Notes: generated by a model not told the origin, from the sequence alone. A stretch of DNA of 64,000 bases from Betaproteobacteria bacterium (GCA_029883975.1 JAOUIL010000006.1:10622-74621); one strand, 5' to 3'; shown: positions 1-9,489, counted from the stretch's first letter. Translations and numbers: made by a program.

Positions 1-207
1 GATGGTGTGCGACTCCCACAGCGTGAAGCCGTCGTCGTCGATCGTCGGCACGAGGCCGGTCGGGTTCATCTTCAAGTACTCGGGCGTCCTGTTCACGCCG
101 AACTGCATTCCCGCGTCGATACGCTCGTGCGGCAGGGCGAGCTCGCCCACGCACCACATCGCCTTCTTCACGTTGACCGAATTGACGCGGCCCCAGATCT
201 TCAGCAT
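1..207 (-). CDS. Glutathione S-transferase (GstB-like), N-terminal part; gene runs off the left edge
   Basis: Not in the ORF track because it is partial. Reverse translation from the ATG at 207..205 gives MLKIWGRVNSVNVKKAMWCVGELALPHERIDAGMQFGVNRTPEYLKMNPTGLVPTIDDDGFTLWESHTI, a GST thioredoxin-fold N-domain. The start lies 1 nt downstream of the stop of the GGT-like gene. Confidence 0.8.
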   Translation of the reverse strand, partial: MLKIWGRVNSVNVKKAMWCVGELALPHERIDAGMQFGVNRTPEYLKMNPTGLVPTIDDDGFTLWESHTI

Positions 208-208
208 G

Positions 209-1801
209 TCAGAACCCCACCGCCTGCCCGTCGCGGCGCGGGTCGCTGGCGGCGATGTAGCCGCCGTCCGTCTTCCATACGAGCTGCGCGCAGCCGAACT
301 GGTTGTAGTCGTCCACGTGCACTAGGCGATGCCCGCGGCGCTGCAGCTCTTCCAGCGTCGCTGGCGGGAAGCCGCCATCCTCGACGCTCACGTCCATGCC
401 CTGCACGAAGCGGAAGCGCGGGCCGTCGCAGGCGGCCTGCGGGTGCTGTTCGTAATCAGCGATGCGCACCAGCACCTGCGCGTGGCCCTGCGGCTGCATG
501 GTGCCGCCCATGACGCCGAAGCTCATCACCGGCTTGCCGTCCCTGGTCAGGAAGCCGGGGATGATGGTCTGGTAGGGGCGCTTGCGCGGACCCACCTGGT
601 TCGGGTGCCCGGGTTTGAGGGAAAAAGTGCCGCCGCGGTTCTGCAGCGAGATCCCGGTGCCCGGCACCACGACGCCCGAGCCGAAGCCCATGTAGTTCGA
701 CTGGATGTAGGAGATCATCATCCCGGACGCGTCGGCCGCCGTGAGATACACGGTGCCACCCTTCGGCGGGCTGCCGGGGCCGAAGTCCTGGGCCTTCTTC
801 TGGTCGATCTTCTTCGCGCGCTCCTTGAGGTAGCCGGCATCGAGCAGGTGCTGCGGCTTCACGTCCTTCATGTGGTCGAGGTCCGCCACGTAGGCCCACG
901 CATCGGCGAAAGCGAGCTTCACCGCCTCGATCTGCAGGTGCACGCTGTCCGGGCCGTCGACCTTGTGGCTGCGCAGGTCGAAGTGCGACAGGATGCCGAG
1001 CGCGATCAGCGCGACGATGCCCTGGCCGTTGGGCGGGATCTCGTGCAGCGTGTAGCCGCGGTAGTTCATTTCGATCGGTGCGATCCAGTCCGAGGCGTGC
1101 GCGGCCATGTCGGCCGCGGTCATCACCCCGCCGTGCTGCTTCGAATGGGCTTCCAGCTTGCCGGCGAGCGGGCCCTTGTAGAAGGCGTCGCCTTTGGTCG
1201 TTGCGATTGCTTCGAGGGTGGCCGCATGGTCGGGGAAGCGGAACACCTCGCCCGGATTGGGCGCGCGGCCGTTGGGCATGAAGGCCTCCGCGAACCCAGG
1301 CTGCACCTTGAGCTCCGGCACCTGCGCCGCCCACTGCTTCGCGATGGTGGGCGAGACGAGGAAGCCCTCGCGCCCGTAGCGGATGGCCGCCTCGAAGAGC
1401 TTCTCGAACGGCAGCTTGCCGAACTTCTCCGAGAGCATGCGCCATGCGGACACGCAGCCGGGCACGGTGACCGAGTTCCAGCCGCGCATCGTCATCTGCG
1501 GCTGATTCTTGAAGAACTCGGGTATCCAGCCCGCGGGCGAGCGGCCCGAGGCGTTCAGGCCGTGCAGCTGCTTGCCGTCCCAGAGGATGGCGTAGGCGTC
1601 CGAGCCGATGCCGTTGGAGACGGGCTCTACGAGCGTGAGCGTGATCGCGGTGGCGAGGATCGCATCGACCGCATTACCGCCGGCGGCGAGCATCTGCAGC
1701 CCGGCCTGCGCGGCGAGCGGCTGCGAGGTGGAGACGATATTCTTCGCGAGGACCGGCTTGCGCGGCCAGGCGTAGGGGTTGGTCCAGCCGAAAGGCGTCA
1801 C
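209..1801 (-). CDS. Gamma-glutamyltransferase family protein; no signal peptide, so probably cytoplasmic
   Basis: 530-aa ORF. It has a GGT/Ntn-hydrolase family N-terminus (STSQPLAAQAGLQMLAAGGNAVDA) and an autoprocessing-Thr context PKGGTVYLTAAD. There is no hydrophobic leader. Confidence 0.85.
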   Translation of the reverse strand: MTPFGWTNPYAWPRKPVLAKNIVSTSQPLAAQAGLQMLAAGGNAVDAILATAITLTLVEPVSNGIGSDAYAILWDGKQLHGLNASGRSPAGWIPEFFKNQPQMTMRGWNSVTVPGCVSAWRMLSEKFGKLPFEKLFEAAIRYGREGFLVSPTIAKQWAAQVPELKVQPGFAEAFMPNGRAPNPGEVFRFPDHAATLEAIATTKGDAFYKGPLAGKLEAHSKQHGGVMTAADMAAHASDWIAPIEMNYRGYTLHEIPPNGQGIVALIALGILSHFDLRSHKVDGPDSVHLQIEAVKLAFADAWAYVADLDHMKDVKPQHLLDAGYLKERAKKIDQKKAQDFGPGSPPKGGTVYLTAADASGMMISYIQSNYMGFGSGVVVPGTGISLQNRGGTFSLKPGHPNQVGPRKRPYQTIIPGFLTRDGKPVMSFGVMGGTMQPQGHAQVLVRIADYEQHPQAACDGPRFRFVQGMDVSVEDGGFPPATLEELQRRGHRLVHVDDYNQFGCAQLVWKTDGGYIAASDPRRDGQAVGF

Positions 1802-2865
1802 ACGGACTCCTTTTCCATGTCGAGGACCACCCGCCCCAGCACCTTGCCGGCCTTGAGCGCCTCCAGCGTCTCGTTGACCTGGTCGGGCGAGCGCAGCGTC
1901 ACCGGCGTGGGCTTCAGCTTCTTCTTCTTCGCCAGCGCGACGACTTCCCTCAGCTCCTGCAGATTTCCGACGTAGGACCCCACGATGCCGATCGCGCGCT
2001 GCGCGATCGGCGGCAGGGGGTGGACGAGCTCCCCCCCGTACAGACCGCAGAGCACGTAGCGTCCGCCCTTCCTCAGCGCGCCCAGGCCAAGCGCCGCCGT
2101 GGCGGGCATGCCTACGAAGTCGATCGACGCCGCGAGGTTGCCCATCGCCAACACCCCGAGCTTCTGCACCGCGTCCGGCGCGCGCGAGTCGAGCGTCAGC
2201 TTGGCGCCCTGCTTCTTCGCCGCCTCGAGCTTGGTCTCATCCACGTCGCAGGCGATCACGTTCTTGATGCCCTTCGCCTTGAGGATGGAGAGCGCGACGA
2301 GCCCCAGGCCGCCGCAGCCGATCACCGCCACCCAGTCTTTCGGCCCGAGCTTCGGAAACTTGCTGATGCCGCTGTAGGCGGTGATCGCCGAGCAGCCGAG
2401 CGTTGCGGCGAAGCCCTCGTCGATGCCGGTGGCGTCCACCAGGTACTTCGGATGCGGCACCAGCACGTGCGACGAGTAGCCGCCCGGCTTCATCACGCCG
2501 AGGAACTGCGCCTTCATGCAGTAGTTGTCCTGGCCCGCCTTGCACACCGGGCACTTGCCGCAGCCGATCCACGGATAGACGATGCGCTTCTGCCCGACCT
2601 TCACGCCCTTGGCGCGCGGGCCGAGCGCGGCGACGACGCCGAAGGGCTCGTGGCCCATGGTGAAGGGCGGGATGCAGCCGCGCTCCTTCACGTAGAAGCG
2701 CTTGCCCCCGCCCCAGTCGAAGTAGCCGTCCCAGATATGCACGTCCGAGTGGCACACGCCCGAGCGCGTGATTCTCACCAGAACCTCGGTGCCCTTGGGT
2801 TTCGGCGTCTCCTGCATCACCTTCTGCAGGGGCCTGCCGTGCTCCATGATTTGGTAGCTGATCAT
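1798..2865 (-). CDS. Zinc-dependent alcohol dehydrogenase family oxidoreductase
   Basis: This is the C-terminal 355 aa of the 961-aa track ORF, starting at [10 protein letters not shown] (ATG complement 2865..2863). It has the GVCHSDVH zinc motif, a CGKCPVCKAGQDNYC structural-zinc cluster and a VIGCGGLGL Rossmann motif. It overlaps the next genes by 4 nt on both sides. Confidence 0.88.
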   Translation of the reverse strand: MISYQIMEHGRPLQKVMQETPKPKGTEVLVRITRSGVCHSDVHIWDGYFDWGGGKRFYVKERGCIPPFTMGHEPFGVVAALGPRAKGVKVGQKRIVYPWIGCGKCPVCKAGQDNYCMKAQFLGVMKPGGYSSHVLVPHPKYLVDATGIDEGFAATLGCSAITAYSGISKFPKLGPKDWVAVIGCGGLGLVALSILKAKGIKNVIACDVDETKLEAAKKQGAKLTLDSRAPDAVQKLGVLAMGNLAASIDFVGMPATAALGLGALRKGGRYVLCGLYGGELVHPLPPIAQRAIGIVGSYVGNLQELREVVALAKKKKLKPTPVTLRSPDQVNETLEALKAGKVLGRVVLDMEKESV

Positions 2866-4151
2866 GCCTTTGCCGCCTCCGTCAGTGCTTGGTCGATGTC
2901 CCACAGGATGTCGTCGAGCGTCTCGATGCCGACCGACATGCGGATCATGTCGGGCGTCACCCCGGCCTTCATCTGCTCCTCGTCCGACATCTGCCGGTGC
3001 GTGGTCGAGGCCGGGTGGATGATGAGGGTCTTGGCGTCGCCGATGTTGGCGAGATGGCTCATGAACTGCGCCGCCTCGATGAAGCGCTCGCCCGCCTTCG
3101 CGCCGCCCTTGACGCCGAAGTTCAAGAGGCCGGAGGCGCCTTTCGGCAGGTACTTGCGCGCCAGATCGAAGTACCGGTTGTTCGGCAGTCCCGGGTAGTT
3201 CACCCAGGCGACCTGCTTGTGCCCTTGCAGGAACTTCGCCACGGCGAGCGCGTTGGCGCAGTGCCGGTCCATGCGCACGCCGAGTGTCTCGATGCCCTGC
3301 AGCAGGAGCCAGGCGTTGATCGGCGCAAGCGACGGGCCGAAGGTGCGCATGATCTCCATGCGCGCCTTCATGGTGAAGCCGAAATCGCCGAAGGTCTCGT
3401 GGAAGATCACGCCGTGGTAGCCGGGCGAAGGCGTGGTGAACTCGGGGAACTTGCCGTTGCCCCAGGGAAACCGGCCCGACTCGACGATCACGCCGCCCAT
3501 GGTGGTGCCGTGCCCGCCGAGGTACTTGGTGGCCGAGTGCACGACGAGGTCCGCGCCCCATTCGAAGGGCCGGCAGAGATAGGGCGAGGGCACCGTGTTG
3601 TCCACGAGGAACGGCACGCCCGCCTCGCGCGCGATCTTCGCGATCGCCTCGATGTCGACGATGTTGATGAGCGGGTTGCCGAGCGTCTCGGCGTAGAGCA
3701 GCTTCGTATCGGGCCTGATGGCCTTCCTGAAGTTGTCCGGCTCGTCCGGATCCACGAAGGTCGCCTCCAGCCCTAGCTTCTTCAGGTTCACGCCGAGCAG
3801 GGTGTGCGTGCCGCCGTACAGGGTGGACGCCGAGACGATGTGGTCGCCCGCCTTGCACAACGTAAGGATCGCAGTGGCCTCGGCCGCCTGCCCGGTCGCG
3901 CAGGCGAGCGCCGCGCGTCCGCCCTCCAGCGCCGCGACGCGCTCTTCCAGCACGGCCACCGTCGGATTGGAGATGCGCGAGTAGACGTTGCCGAACGTCT
4001 GCAGGTTGAAGAGGCTCGCCGCGTGGTCCGCGGAATCGAAGACGAACGACGTGGTCTGGTAGATGGGCGCGGCGCGCGCGCCGGTGGCGGCGTCCGGGAT
4101 CTGGCCGGCGTGCAGCGAGAGCGTCTCGAACCCGAACCGGCGATCGGCCAT
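2862..4151 (-). CDS. metY: O-acetylhomoserine sulfhydrylase (aminocarboxypropyltransferase), PLP-dependent
   Basis: 429-aa ORF. It shows [18 protein letters not shown] and the PLP-lysine context [11 protein letters not shown], typical of the MetY/Cys-Met PLP family. Confidence 0.88.
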   Translation of the reverse strand: MADRRFGFETLSLHAGQIPDAATGARAAPIYQTTSFVFDSADHAASLFNLQTFGNVYSRISNPTVAVLEERVAALEGGRAALACATGQAAEATAILTLCKAGDHIVSASTLYGGTHTLLGVNLKKLGLEATFVDPDEPDNFRKAIRPDTKLLYAETLGNPLINIVDIEAIAKIAREAGVPFLVDNTVPSPYLCRPFEWGADLVVHSATKYLGGHGTTMGGVIVESGRFPWGNGKFPEFTTPSPGYHGVIFHETFGDFGFTMKARMEIMRTFGPSLAPINAWLLLQGIETLGVRMDRHCANALAVAKFLQGHKQVAWVNYPGLPNNRYFDLARKYLPKGASGLLNFGVKGGAKAGERFIEAAQFMSHLANIGDAKTLIIHPASTTHRQMSDEEQMKAGVTPDMIRMSVGIETLDDILWDIDQALTEAAKA

Positions 4152-4172
4152 GGCCCGCCGATTCTAATTCAG

Positions 4173-4928
4173 TCAGGCCGTCCGGCCGGACTCCTTTCGC
4201 CACAGGACGCCGCTCCAGTCGATCGGCACGATTTCCTCGGAGATGCCGTGGCGCGCGCGATAGTCGCCCACCGCCTGCCGGCAGGCGTCGATCGAGTAGT
4301 CGTCGACGATGGCGTAGCCGCCCCGCTCGAGCTTCGGATACAGGCTGGTGAGGGCGTCCATGGTCGATTGATACAGGTCGCCGTCCAGGCGCAGGACGGC
4401 CAGCCGCTCGACCGGCGCCCCGGGCAGCGTGTCGTGGAACCAGCCCTTGAGGAACTGGACCTGTTCGTCGAGCAGCCCGTAGCGGCGGAAGTTCTCCTGC
4501 ACTTCCTCCAGCGGGATGGCGAGCTCCTTGCGGTGCGAGAAGTCCAGGCCCGCGTCCTGGGGATAGCGCGCCACGTCGGGAGGCGGCAGCCCCTGGAACG
4601 AGTCGGCAAGCCAGACGATGCGGTCGGTGACGCCGCGCACCTTGAGCACGCCGCGCATGAAGATGCAGGCGCCGCCGCGCCACACACCCGTCTCGATGAA
4701 GTCCCCCGGCACTCCACGGTCCAGCACGTCCTCGACGCAGAAATGCAGCGCGTCCAGGCGCTTGATGCCGATCATGGTGTGCGCATGCTCGGGCCAGTCC
4801 TCTCCCTCGCCGCGACGCCGCAGGTCGAACGGCCGGGTCTCGCCTTCGATCAGGCCGCGGTCCTGGTAGATGAGATTGGTCAGGGCGCGCTTCAGCAGGT
4901 CGAGGTACAGGGCTTTGGCGTCGCTCAT
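4173..4928 (-). CDS. TylF/MycF-family (macrocin-type) class I methyltransferase
   Basis: The track ORF is 4173..4973. I prefer the start at MSDAKALYLDLLK (ATG complement 4928..4926). The motifs GDFIETGVWRGG and LRLDGDLYQST are characteristic of the TylF family. Confidence 0.8.
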   Translation of the reverse strand: MSDAKALYLDLLKRALTNLIYQDRGLIEGETRPFDLRRRGEGEDWPEHAHTMIGIKRLDALHFCVEDVLDRGVPGDFIETGVWRGGACIFMRGVLKVRGVTDRIVWLADSFQGLPPPDVARYPQDAGLDFSHRKELAIPLEEVQENFRRYGLLDEQVQFLKGWFHDTLPGAPVERLAVLRLDGDLYQSTMDALTSLYPKLERGGYAIVDDYSIDACRQAVGDYRARHGISEEIVPIDWSGVLWRKESGRTA

Positions 4929-4959
4929 CGGCTCTGTCCTTGCGGCATGCCCGTCGGCC

Positions 4960-5949
4960 CTAGCGCACCGCATCGCCCATGCGGTACTCGTGCGAGATCT
5001 CGTCGAGCTTCGCCTTCAGGCCGGCGTCGAGCTTCACTTCCAGCGCAGCGACGCTCGCCGCGAGCTGCTCGGGCCTGCTCGCACCGACGAGGGGCGAGGT
5101 GACCGCGGGATGGGCGAGCACCCAGGCCACCGCCAGCGTCGCCGGCTCGATGCCGGCCTCCTTCGAAAGCTTCACGAACGCATCCACCGTCTCGAACTCC
5201 CGCTCTTTCCAGTAGCGCTCGGTGTAGGTCTTGGCGGCGGTGCCGAGCGTGAAGCGTGAGCCCGCGGGCGGCGCGCCGCGCTGGTGCTTGCCGGTCAGCA
5301 GCCCGCCGGCGAGCGGGTTGTAGGGAATGACGGCGAGGTCCTCCTCCTGGCAAAAGGGCAGCAGCTCGCGCTCGATCTCGCGAAACAGCAGGTTGTAGCG
5401 CGGCTGCACGGAGACGAGCCTAGCGAGGCCGAGCGCCTCGGCGCGGCCGAGGGCGCGCGCCACCCGGTAGGCGTGATAGTTGGAAACGCCGACGTAGCGC
5501 GCCTTGCCGGCCTTCACCACCGCGTCGAATGCTTCCACGGTCTCGTCCACCGGCGTCACGGCGTCGAAGTGGTGCACCTGGTAGAGGTCGACATAATCGG
5601 TGCCGAGGCGCCGCAGCGAATCGTCGATCGCCGTCATCACGTGCTTGCGCGACGTGCCCTGCTGCCAGGGAGCGTTGCCCATCTTGCCGCTGCACTTCGT
5701 GGCCACGATGAACTGCTCGCGCTTGCCCTTCAGCCACTTGCCGAGGATCTCCTCCGTGCGGCCCATGTCCTCGACCTTGCCGCCGAGCGGGTAGGCGTTC
5801 GCCGTGTCGAGGAAGGTGATGCCGTGGCCGGCGGCCGCGTCGAGGATGGCGAAGGAGGTCTTCTCGTCGCACTGCAGGCCGAAGGTCATGGTACCCAGGC
5901 AAAGGCGCGAGACGTGCAGGCCGGTGGGCCCGAAGCGGACGTGCTGCAT
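4960..5949 (-). CDS. Aldo/keto reductase
   Basis: This is the last 329 aa of track ORF 4960..6348, starting at MQHVRFGPTGLHVSRLCLGTMTFG. It has the AKR motifs DTANAY and LYQVHHFD. Confidence 0.88.
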   Translation of the reverse strand: MQHVRFGPTGLHVSRLCLGTMTFGLQCDEKTSFAILDAAAGHGITFLDTANAYPLGGKVEDMGRTEEILGKWLKGKREQFIVATKCSGKMGNAPWQQGTSRKHVMTAIDDSLRRLGTDYVDLYQVHHFDAVTPVDETVEAFDAVVKAGKARYVGVSNYHAYRVARALGRAEALGLARLVSVQPRYNLLFREIERELLPFCQEEDLAVIPYNPLAGGLLTGKHQRGAPPAGSRFTLGTAAKTYTERYWKEREFETVDAFVKLSKEAGIEPATLAVAWVLAHPAVTSPLVGASRPEQLAASVAALEVKLDAGLKAKLDEISHEYRMGDAVR

Positions 5950-5960
5950 CGGCGTTCTCC

Positions 5961-6701
5961 CTATTCCTCGTAGATCATCTTGACGGTCATGCCGCCGTCC
6001 AGCGTCAGGTTCTGCCCGGTCATGAAGCCGGCGTGCTCGGCGAGGTAGCGGCAGGCGCTGGCGACGTCCTCGGGCGTGCCCACGCGGCCCACGGGATGCT
6101 GCAGCCGGTCCCTTCTGGAGTGCTTGCGCCCGCGCGTCTCGATCCAGCCGGGGCTGATGCTGTTCACGCGGATGCGCTTCGGGCCCAGGCTGATGGCGGT
6201 CGCGTGCGTGAGCGCGACGATCCCGCCTTTGGAGGCCGAGTAGGCCTCGGTCCCCGGCTCGGACATGAACGCGCGCGTGGAGGCGATGTTGATGATCGCG
6301 CCCGCGACTTTGTGCTTCACCATCAGCCGCGCAGCTTCCTGCGTGCACAGGAACGTGCCGCGCAGGTTCGTCCCCAGCACCAGATCGAAGGCCTTCGGCG
6401 AGAGCGTGAGGAACGGCGCGCTCGCACGGATGCCCGCATTGTTGACGAGCACGTCCGGGCAGCCGAGCGTGCGTGCAGTGGCGCGCAGCCAGTTCCTGAC
6501 GTCCTGTTCCTGAGAGATGTCCGCCCGGAAGAACGCGGCGTGCGCACCCTTGTTCAGCAGCGCTTTCAGTACGGCGCGGCCAGCGGCGACGTGGGTGTCG
6601 GCGATGGACACCGCGTAGCCATGGGCGGCGAAGTGCTCGGCGATGGCGCGGCCGATGCCCTGGGCGCCGCCGGTGACGGCGAGGACTTTGCGGCGCTTCA
6701 T
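5961..6701 (-). CDS. Short-chain dehydrogenase/reductase (SDR)
   Basis: 246-aa ORF with TGGAQGIGRA (TGxxxGIG), NNAG and YSASKGG (YxxxK). Confidence 0.9.
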   Translation of the reverse strand: MKRRKVLAVTGGAQGIGRAIAEHFAAHGYAVSIADTHVAAGRAVLKALLNKGAHAAFFRADISQEQDVRNWLRATARTLGCPDVLVNNAGIRASAPFLTLSPKAFDLVLGTNLRGTFLCTQEAARLMVKHKVAGAIINIASTRAFMSEPGTEAYSASKGGIVALTHATAISLGPKRIRVNSISPGWIETRGRKHSRRDRLQHPVGRVGTPEDVASACRYLAEHAGFMTGQNLTLDGGMTVKMIYEE

Positions 6702-6737
6702 GCCCCGCAGTTTAGCCCAGCAACCGCTAGCAGATGC

Positions 6738-7622
6738 TCAGCTACCTGGCCCGGGCGCCTGCGGGGGTGTCTCTTCTTCCTCGCTGGCGGGCCGGGCCGC
6801 GGCGCGCCGGTACTCCGACGGCGGGATGCCGACCTGGTGAAGGAAGAAGCGCGTGAAATTGCTCTGCGCCGAGAAGCCGAGCTCGGCGGAGACGTCGGCG
6901 ATGCGCGCGTGGCCGCTGGACAGCTTGGCGATCGCGCTCTCGACGCACAGCAGGTCGAGATACGAGCGCGGCGAGCGCCCGGTGCACACCTGAAACAGGT
7001 CGTAGAAGCGCGAGCGCGACAGTCCCACCTGGCTCGCGAGGTCGTCGATGTTGACGTCCTTGTTGGGGCGCGCGCGCAGCAGCCCGAGGGCCTTGCGGAT
7101 GCGCGTGTCGGCGAAGCGCGAGCCGCGCCACAGCGAGGCGCCAGCGCGCCGGCGCGCGAGAAAGCTCTCCACCACGGAGAGCATCAGCTCCTGCAGCATG
7201 AATTCGAGCCGCTCGGGCGACAGGAACTGGTCGTTCAGCGCCTCCACGGCGAGCGCGTCGGCCAGCTGCCGGATGCGCGGGGTGATGGCTTCCCGCGCGC
7301 GTGGGAACACGTCGGCCACATCCTCGAACACGGCGGGAAACACCTGCCGCAGCCAGTCGAGGGACGGGTGGAACTCGATGATGCGCGCCGCGGCGCCGCC
7401 GGCGCTTCCGCCCTGGCGCACCGGCAGCTGAGGATTGACGAGCAGCGTGTCTTCCCGCGCAAGAGGATGGGCTTCGTCGCCCACGTGCACCGTGCAGTCG
7501 GCGCCGTCGACCTTGATCAGGATGAGCGGCTCGCCGTGCGCCTCTTCCGCGCCCGGCGCGGAGGCGTCGGCGAGCACCAGCCGTCCGAAACGGGCCTCGA
7601 AGAGGCGCAGGGTCCTTGACAT
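6738..7622 (-). CDS. AraC-family transcriptional regulator
   Basis: The track ORF is 6738..7676 and I prefer the start at MSRTLRLFEA. It has a C-terminal double HTH (IDDLASQVGLSRSRFYDLFQ ... GFSAQSNFTRFF). Confidence 0.85.
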   Translation of the reverse strand: MSRTLRLFEARFGRLVLADASAPGAEEAHGEPLILIKVDGADCTVHVGDEAHPLAREDTLLVNPQLPVRQGGSAGGAAARIIEFHPSLDWLRQVFPAVFEDVADVFPRAREAITPRIRQLADALAVEALNDQFLSPERLEFMLQELMLSVVESFLARRRAGASLWRGSRFADTRIRKALGLLRARPNKDVNIDDLASQVGLSRSRFYDLFQVCTGRSPRSYLDLLCVESAIAKLSSGHARIADVSAELGFSAQSNFTRFFLHQVGIPPSEYRRAAARPASEEEETPPQAPGPGS

Positions 7623-7704
7623 GGACGCAAGGATAACGGCCGGCGCGTCTATGCGCCAGCGGACGTATTCACGCAAAGTATCGAAAAAACAGATATCTGG
7701 AGAA

Positions 7705-8175
7705 CTAGTAAGCGAGCCAGCGGGGGCGCTTGGCCGACAGCACCTTGGTGTTCACTCCCACCCAGTTGAGCCCCCCGAAGAGGCGCCCGTGCTCGATCTT
7801 CACGCAGCGATCCATCACCGCGTCCAGCCCGGCGGCCTCGGCGCGCCGGGCGGCCTCCTCGTTGCGCACGCCCAGCTGCTGCCACAGCACCTTGGCGCCG
7901 ATGGCGATCGCGTCCTCGCAGATCGGCGGGATGTCCGCGGTCTTGCGGAAGCAGTCGACGATGTCCACCTTGACCGGGATGTCGCGCAGCGACGGGTAGC
8001 ACTTCTCGCCGAGGATCTCGGCGTAGCGCGGGTTCACCGGGATGATCCGGTAGCCGTGCTCCTGCAGGTACTTGGCGGCGAAGTAGCTCGGCCGGAACCA
8101 GTCGGCCGACAGGCCGACCACGGCGATCACGCGGTTCTGCGAAAGGATGCGGCGCAGCGTGTTGATGTCGTCCAT
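7705..8175 (-). CDS. CoA-binding domain protein (YccU-like)
   Basis: 156-aa ORF. It has RVIAVVGLS, a Rossmann-like CoA-binding pattern, plus IIPVNP and the VDIVDCFR layout. Confidence 0.8.
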   Translation of the reverse strand: MDDINTLRRILSQNRVIAVVGLSADWFRPSYFAAKYLQEHGYRIIPVNPRYAEILGEKCYPSLRDIPVKVDIVDCFRKTADIPPICEDAIAIGAKVLWQQLGVRNEEAARRAEAAGLDAVMDRCVKIEHGRLFGGLNWVGVNTKVLSAKRPRWLAY

Positions 8176-8177
8176 GG
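8131..8177. repeat. Direct-repeat copy A (5' end of the CoA-binding gene)
   Basis: In my hand alignment, 38 of 47 positions are identical to 9552..9598. This copy covers the ATG and the first ~15 codons (MDDINTLRRILSQNR). Confidence 0.75.
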
Positions 8178-8185
8178 TTCCCCGC

Positions 8186-8755
8186 TTACGGCCACCAGAC
8201 GCGGGCCGCGGCGGCGATCCAGAACGCGAGCGTGCCGGCGAGGTTCGCCCAGCCGTGGTTCTGGCGCAGCAGGTCCCACCGCCAATACAGCACCGGATTG
8301 CCGCGGTACGGGCGGCCGGGCACGAACGGGTGCACCGCTGCGCAATACTCCGCGTACGGCGCGCCGAGCACCTCGCGCAGCTTCGCCTCTTCGCGCTTCA
8401 CCCGGTTCACCATGTAGAAGTAGTACACGACCGCGTAGGCCAGCATGACCCACGGATTGCCGAGCAGCATCACCATGCCGAGGACGATCAGGAAGCGGCC
8501 CAGGTACATCGGATTGCGCACGAGCGTGTACGGACCGTTGCAGGCGAGGTCGCGGTTCTTGTCGAGCGATGCGAAGCACCAGAGCTGGACGAGCTCGCCG
8601 ATCATGGACACGAGGAACCCGGGCCACAGCCAGCGTGCGTCCGCGAACCACAGGACGGCGACGAAGAGGGCGAGCACCAGCACGATGCGCGATCTCACCC
8701 AGAATTTCCTGAAGCCCGGGTGGTTGAAGAACGCGTGGACGCGCTCGAGGATCAT
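8186..8755 (-). CDS. Isoprenylcysteine carboxyl / phospholipid methyltransferase-family membrane protein (ICMT/PEMT-like)
   Basis: This is the last 189 aa of track ORF 8186..9331, starting at MILERVHAFF. It is polytopic and hydrophobic. The C-terminal motif is GPYTLVRNPMYLG ... REEAKLREVLGAPYAEY. Confidence 0.8.
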   Translation of the reverse strand: MILERVHAFFNHPGFRKFWVRSRIVLVLALFVAVLWFADARWLWPGFLVSMIGELVQLWCFASLDKNRDLACNGPYTLVRNPMYLGRFLIVLGMVMLLGNPWVMLAYAVVYYFYMVNRVKREEAKLREVLGAPYAEYCAAVHPFVPGRPYRGNPVLYWRWDLLRQNHGWANLAGTLAFWIAAAARVWWP

Positions 8756-9489
8756 TCCGGCCCCCGCTCGGCGGTGCGCGCTTCCCGCGCGCGCTTGCCG
8801 CGCCCGAAGTAGCCGTGCACCGGCCACAGGGCACGCCATCGGTTCGCCCTGGAAAGCAGCCCGGCACGCGCCTCGTCCAGCGATTCCGGCGCGCTGCGTT
8901 GCCAATGCTTGTACACGCCGCCGAGGTCGACGCGCTCCGCCAGGCGGCGCAGGCGCCCCGGCATCCAGCGCGTGCTGATGGCCGACTGGAAGTCGAGCAG
9001 CAGCGGCTCTCCCCGCTCCGTCACGAGGACGTTGCGGGCGTTGCGCACGTCCAGGTGCACGATCCGGCCCAGCGCATGCACCTGCATGAGCACGCGCTCG
9101 AGCTGCACGAAAAAGTCCGCGGCGTGCTCGCCGAGACCCGCGCGCTTGAGCGTCACTCCCGGAACGAACCGGTACGCGAGCGCGTGCGCATCGAGCCGGA
9201 AGGCGCCCGCCGGCACGCCCTCGATCCCGGCGACGCTGCGCAGTGCCCGCATCTCGCGCCGGATGAGGAAGCGGCCGATCGTGTTGCGCACTGCGAATCC
9301 GCTCGAACGGAAGTCCTTGACCACCCAGCACGCGCCGTCGCGGCGATGCAGGTACAGGACCGCGTTCGCCCAGCGGCCGCGGCTCAGCACTTGGCCCGGG
9401 TCACGGGCGAACTGCTCGCGCGTGAAGGGGGCCGGTTCGCCTGCAGGCGCGCCGAGGTTGAGGCTCATCGGGGACACGAGGTCGGACAT
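8752..9489 (-). CDS. Protein-kinase-fold protein (Kdo/WaaP/RIO-like small kinase)
   Basis: 245-aa ORF. It has a VVKDF lysine, a catalytic loop HLDVRNARNVLV (HxDxxxxN) and LLDFQSA in place of DFG. It overlaps the downstream methyltransferase gene by 4 nt. Confidence 0.7.
   Translation of the reverse strand: MSDLVSPMSLNLGAPAGEPAPFTREQFARDPGQVLSRGRWANAVLYLHRRDGACWVVKDFRSSGFAVRNTIGRFLIRREMRALRSVAGIEGVPAGAFRLDAHALAYRFVPGVTLKRAGLGEHAADFFVQLERVLMQVHALGRIVHLDVRNARNVLVTERGEPLLLDFQSAISTRWMPGRLRRLAERVDLGGVYKHWQRSAPESLDEARAGLLSRANRWRALWPVHGYFGRGKRAREARTAERGPE

Noticed and set aside
1798-4683. 961-aa minus-strand ORF in the track
   Set aside because: Only the C-terminal 355 aa (from MISYQ…) look like a real protein, a Zn-ADH. 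The N-terminal ~600 aa are Arg/Ala/Gly/Pro-rich and lie in an alternate frame over metY and the TylF-like gene, which have clear family motifs in their own frames. This is a typical high-GC open-frame artefact.
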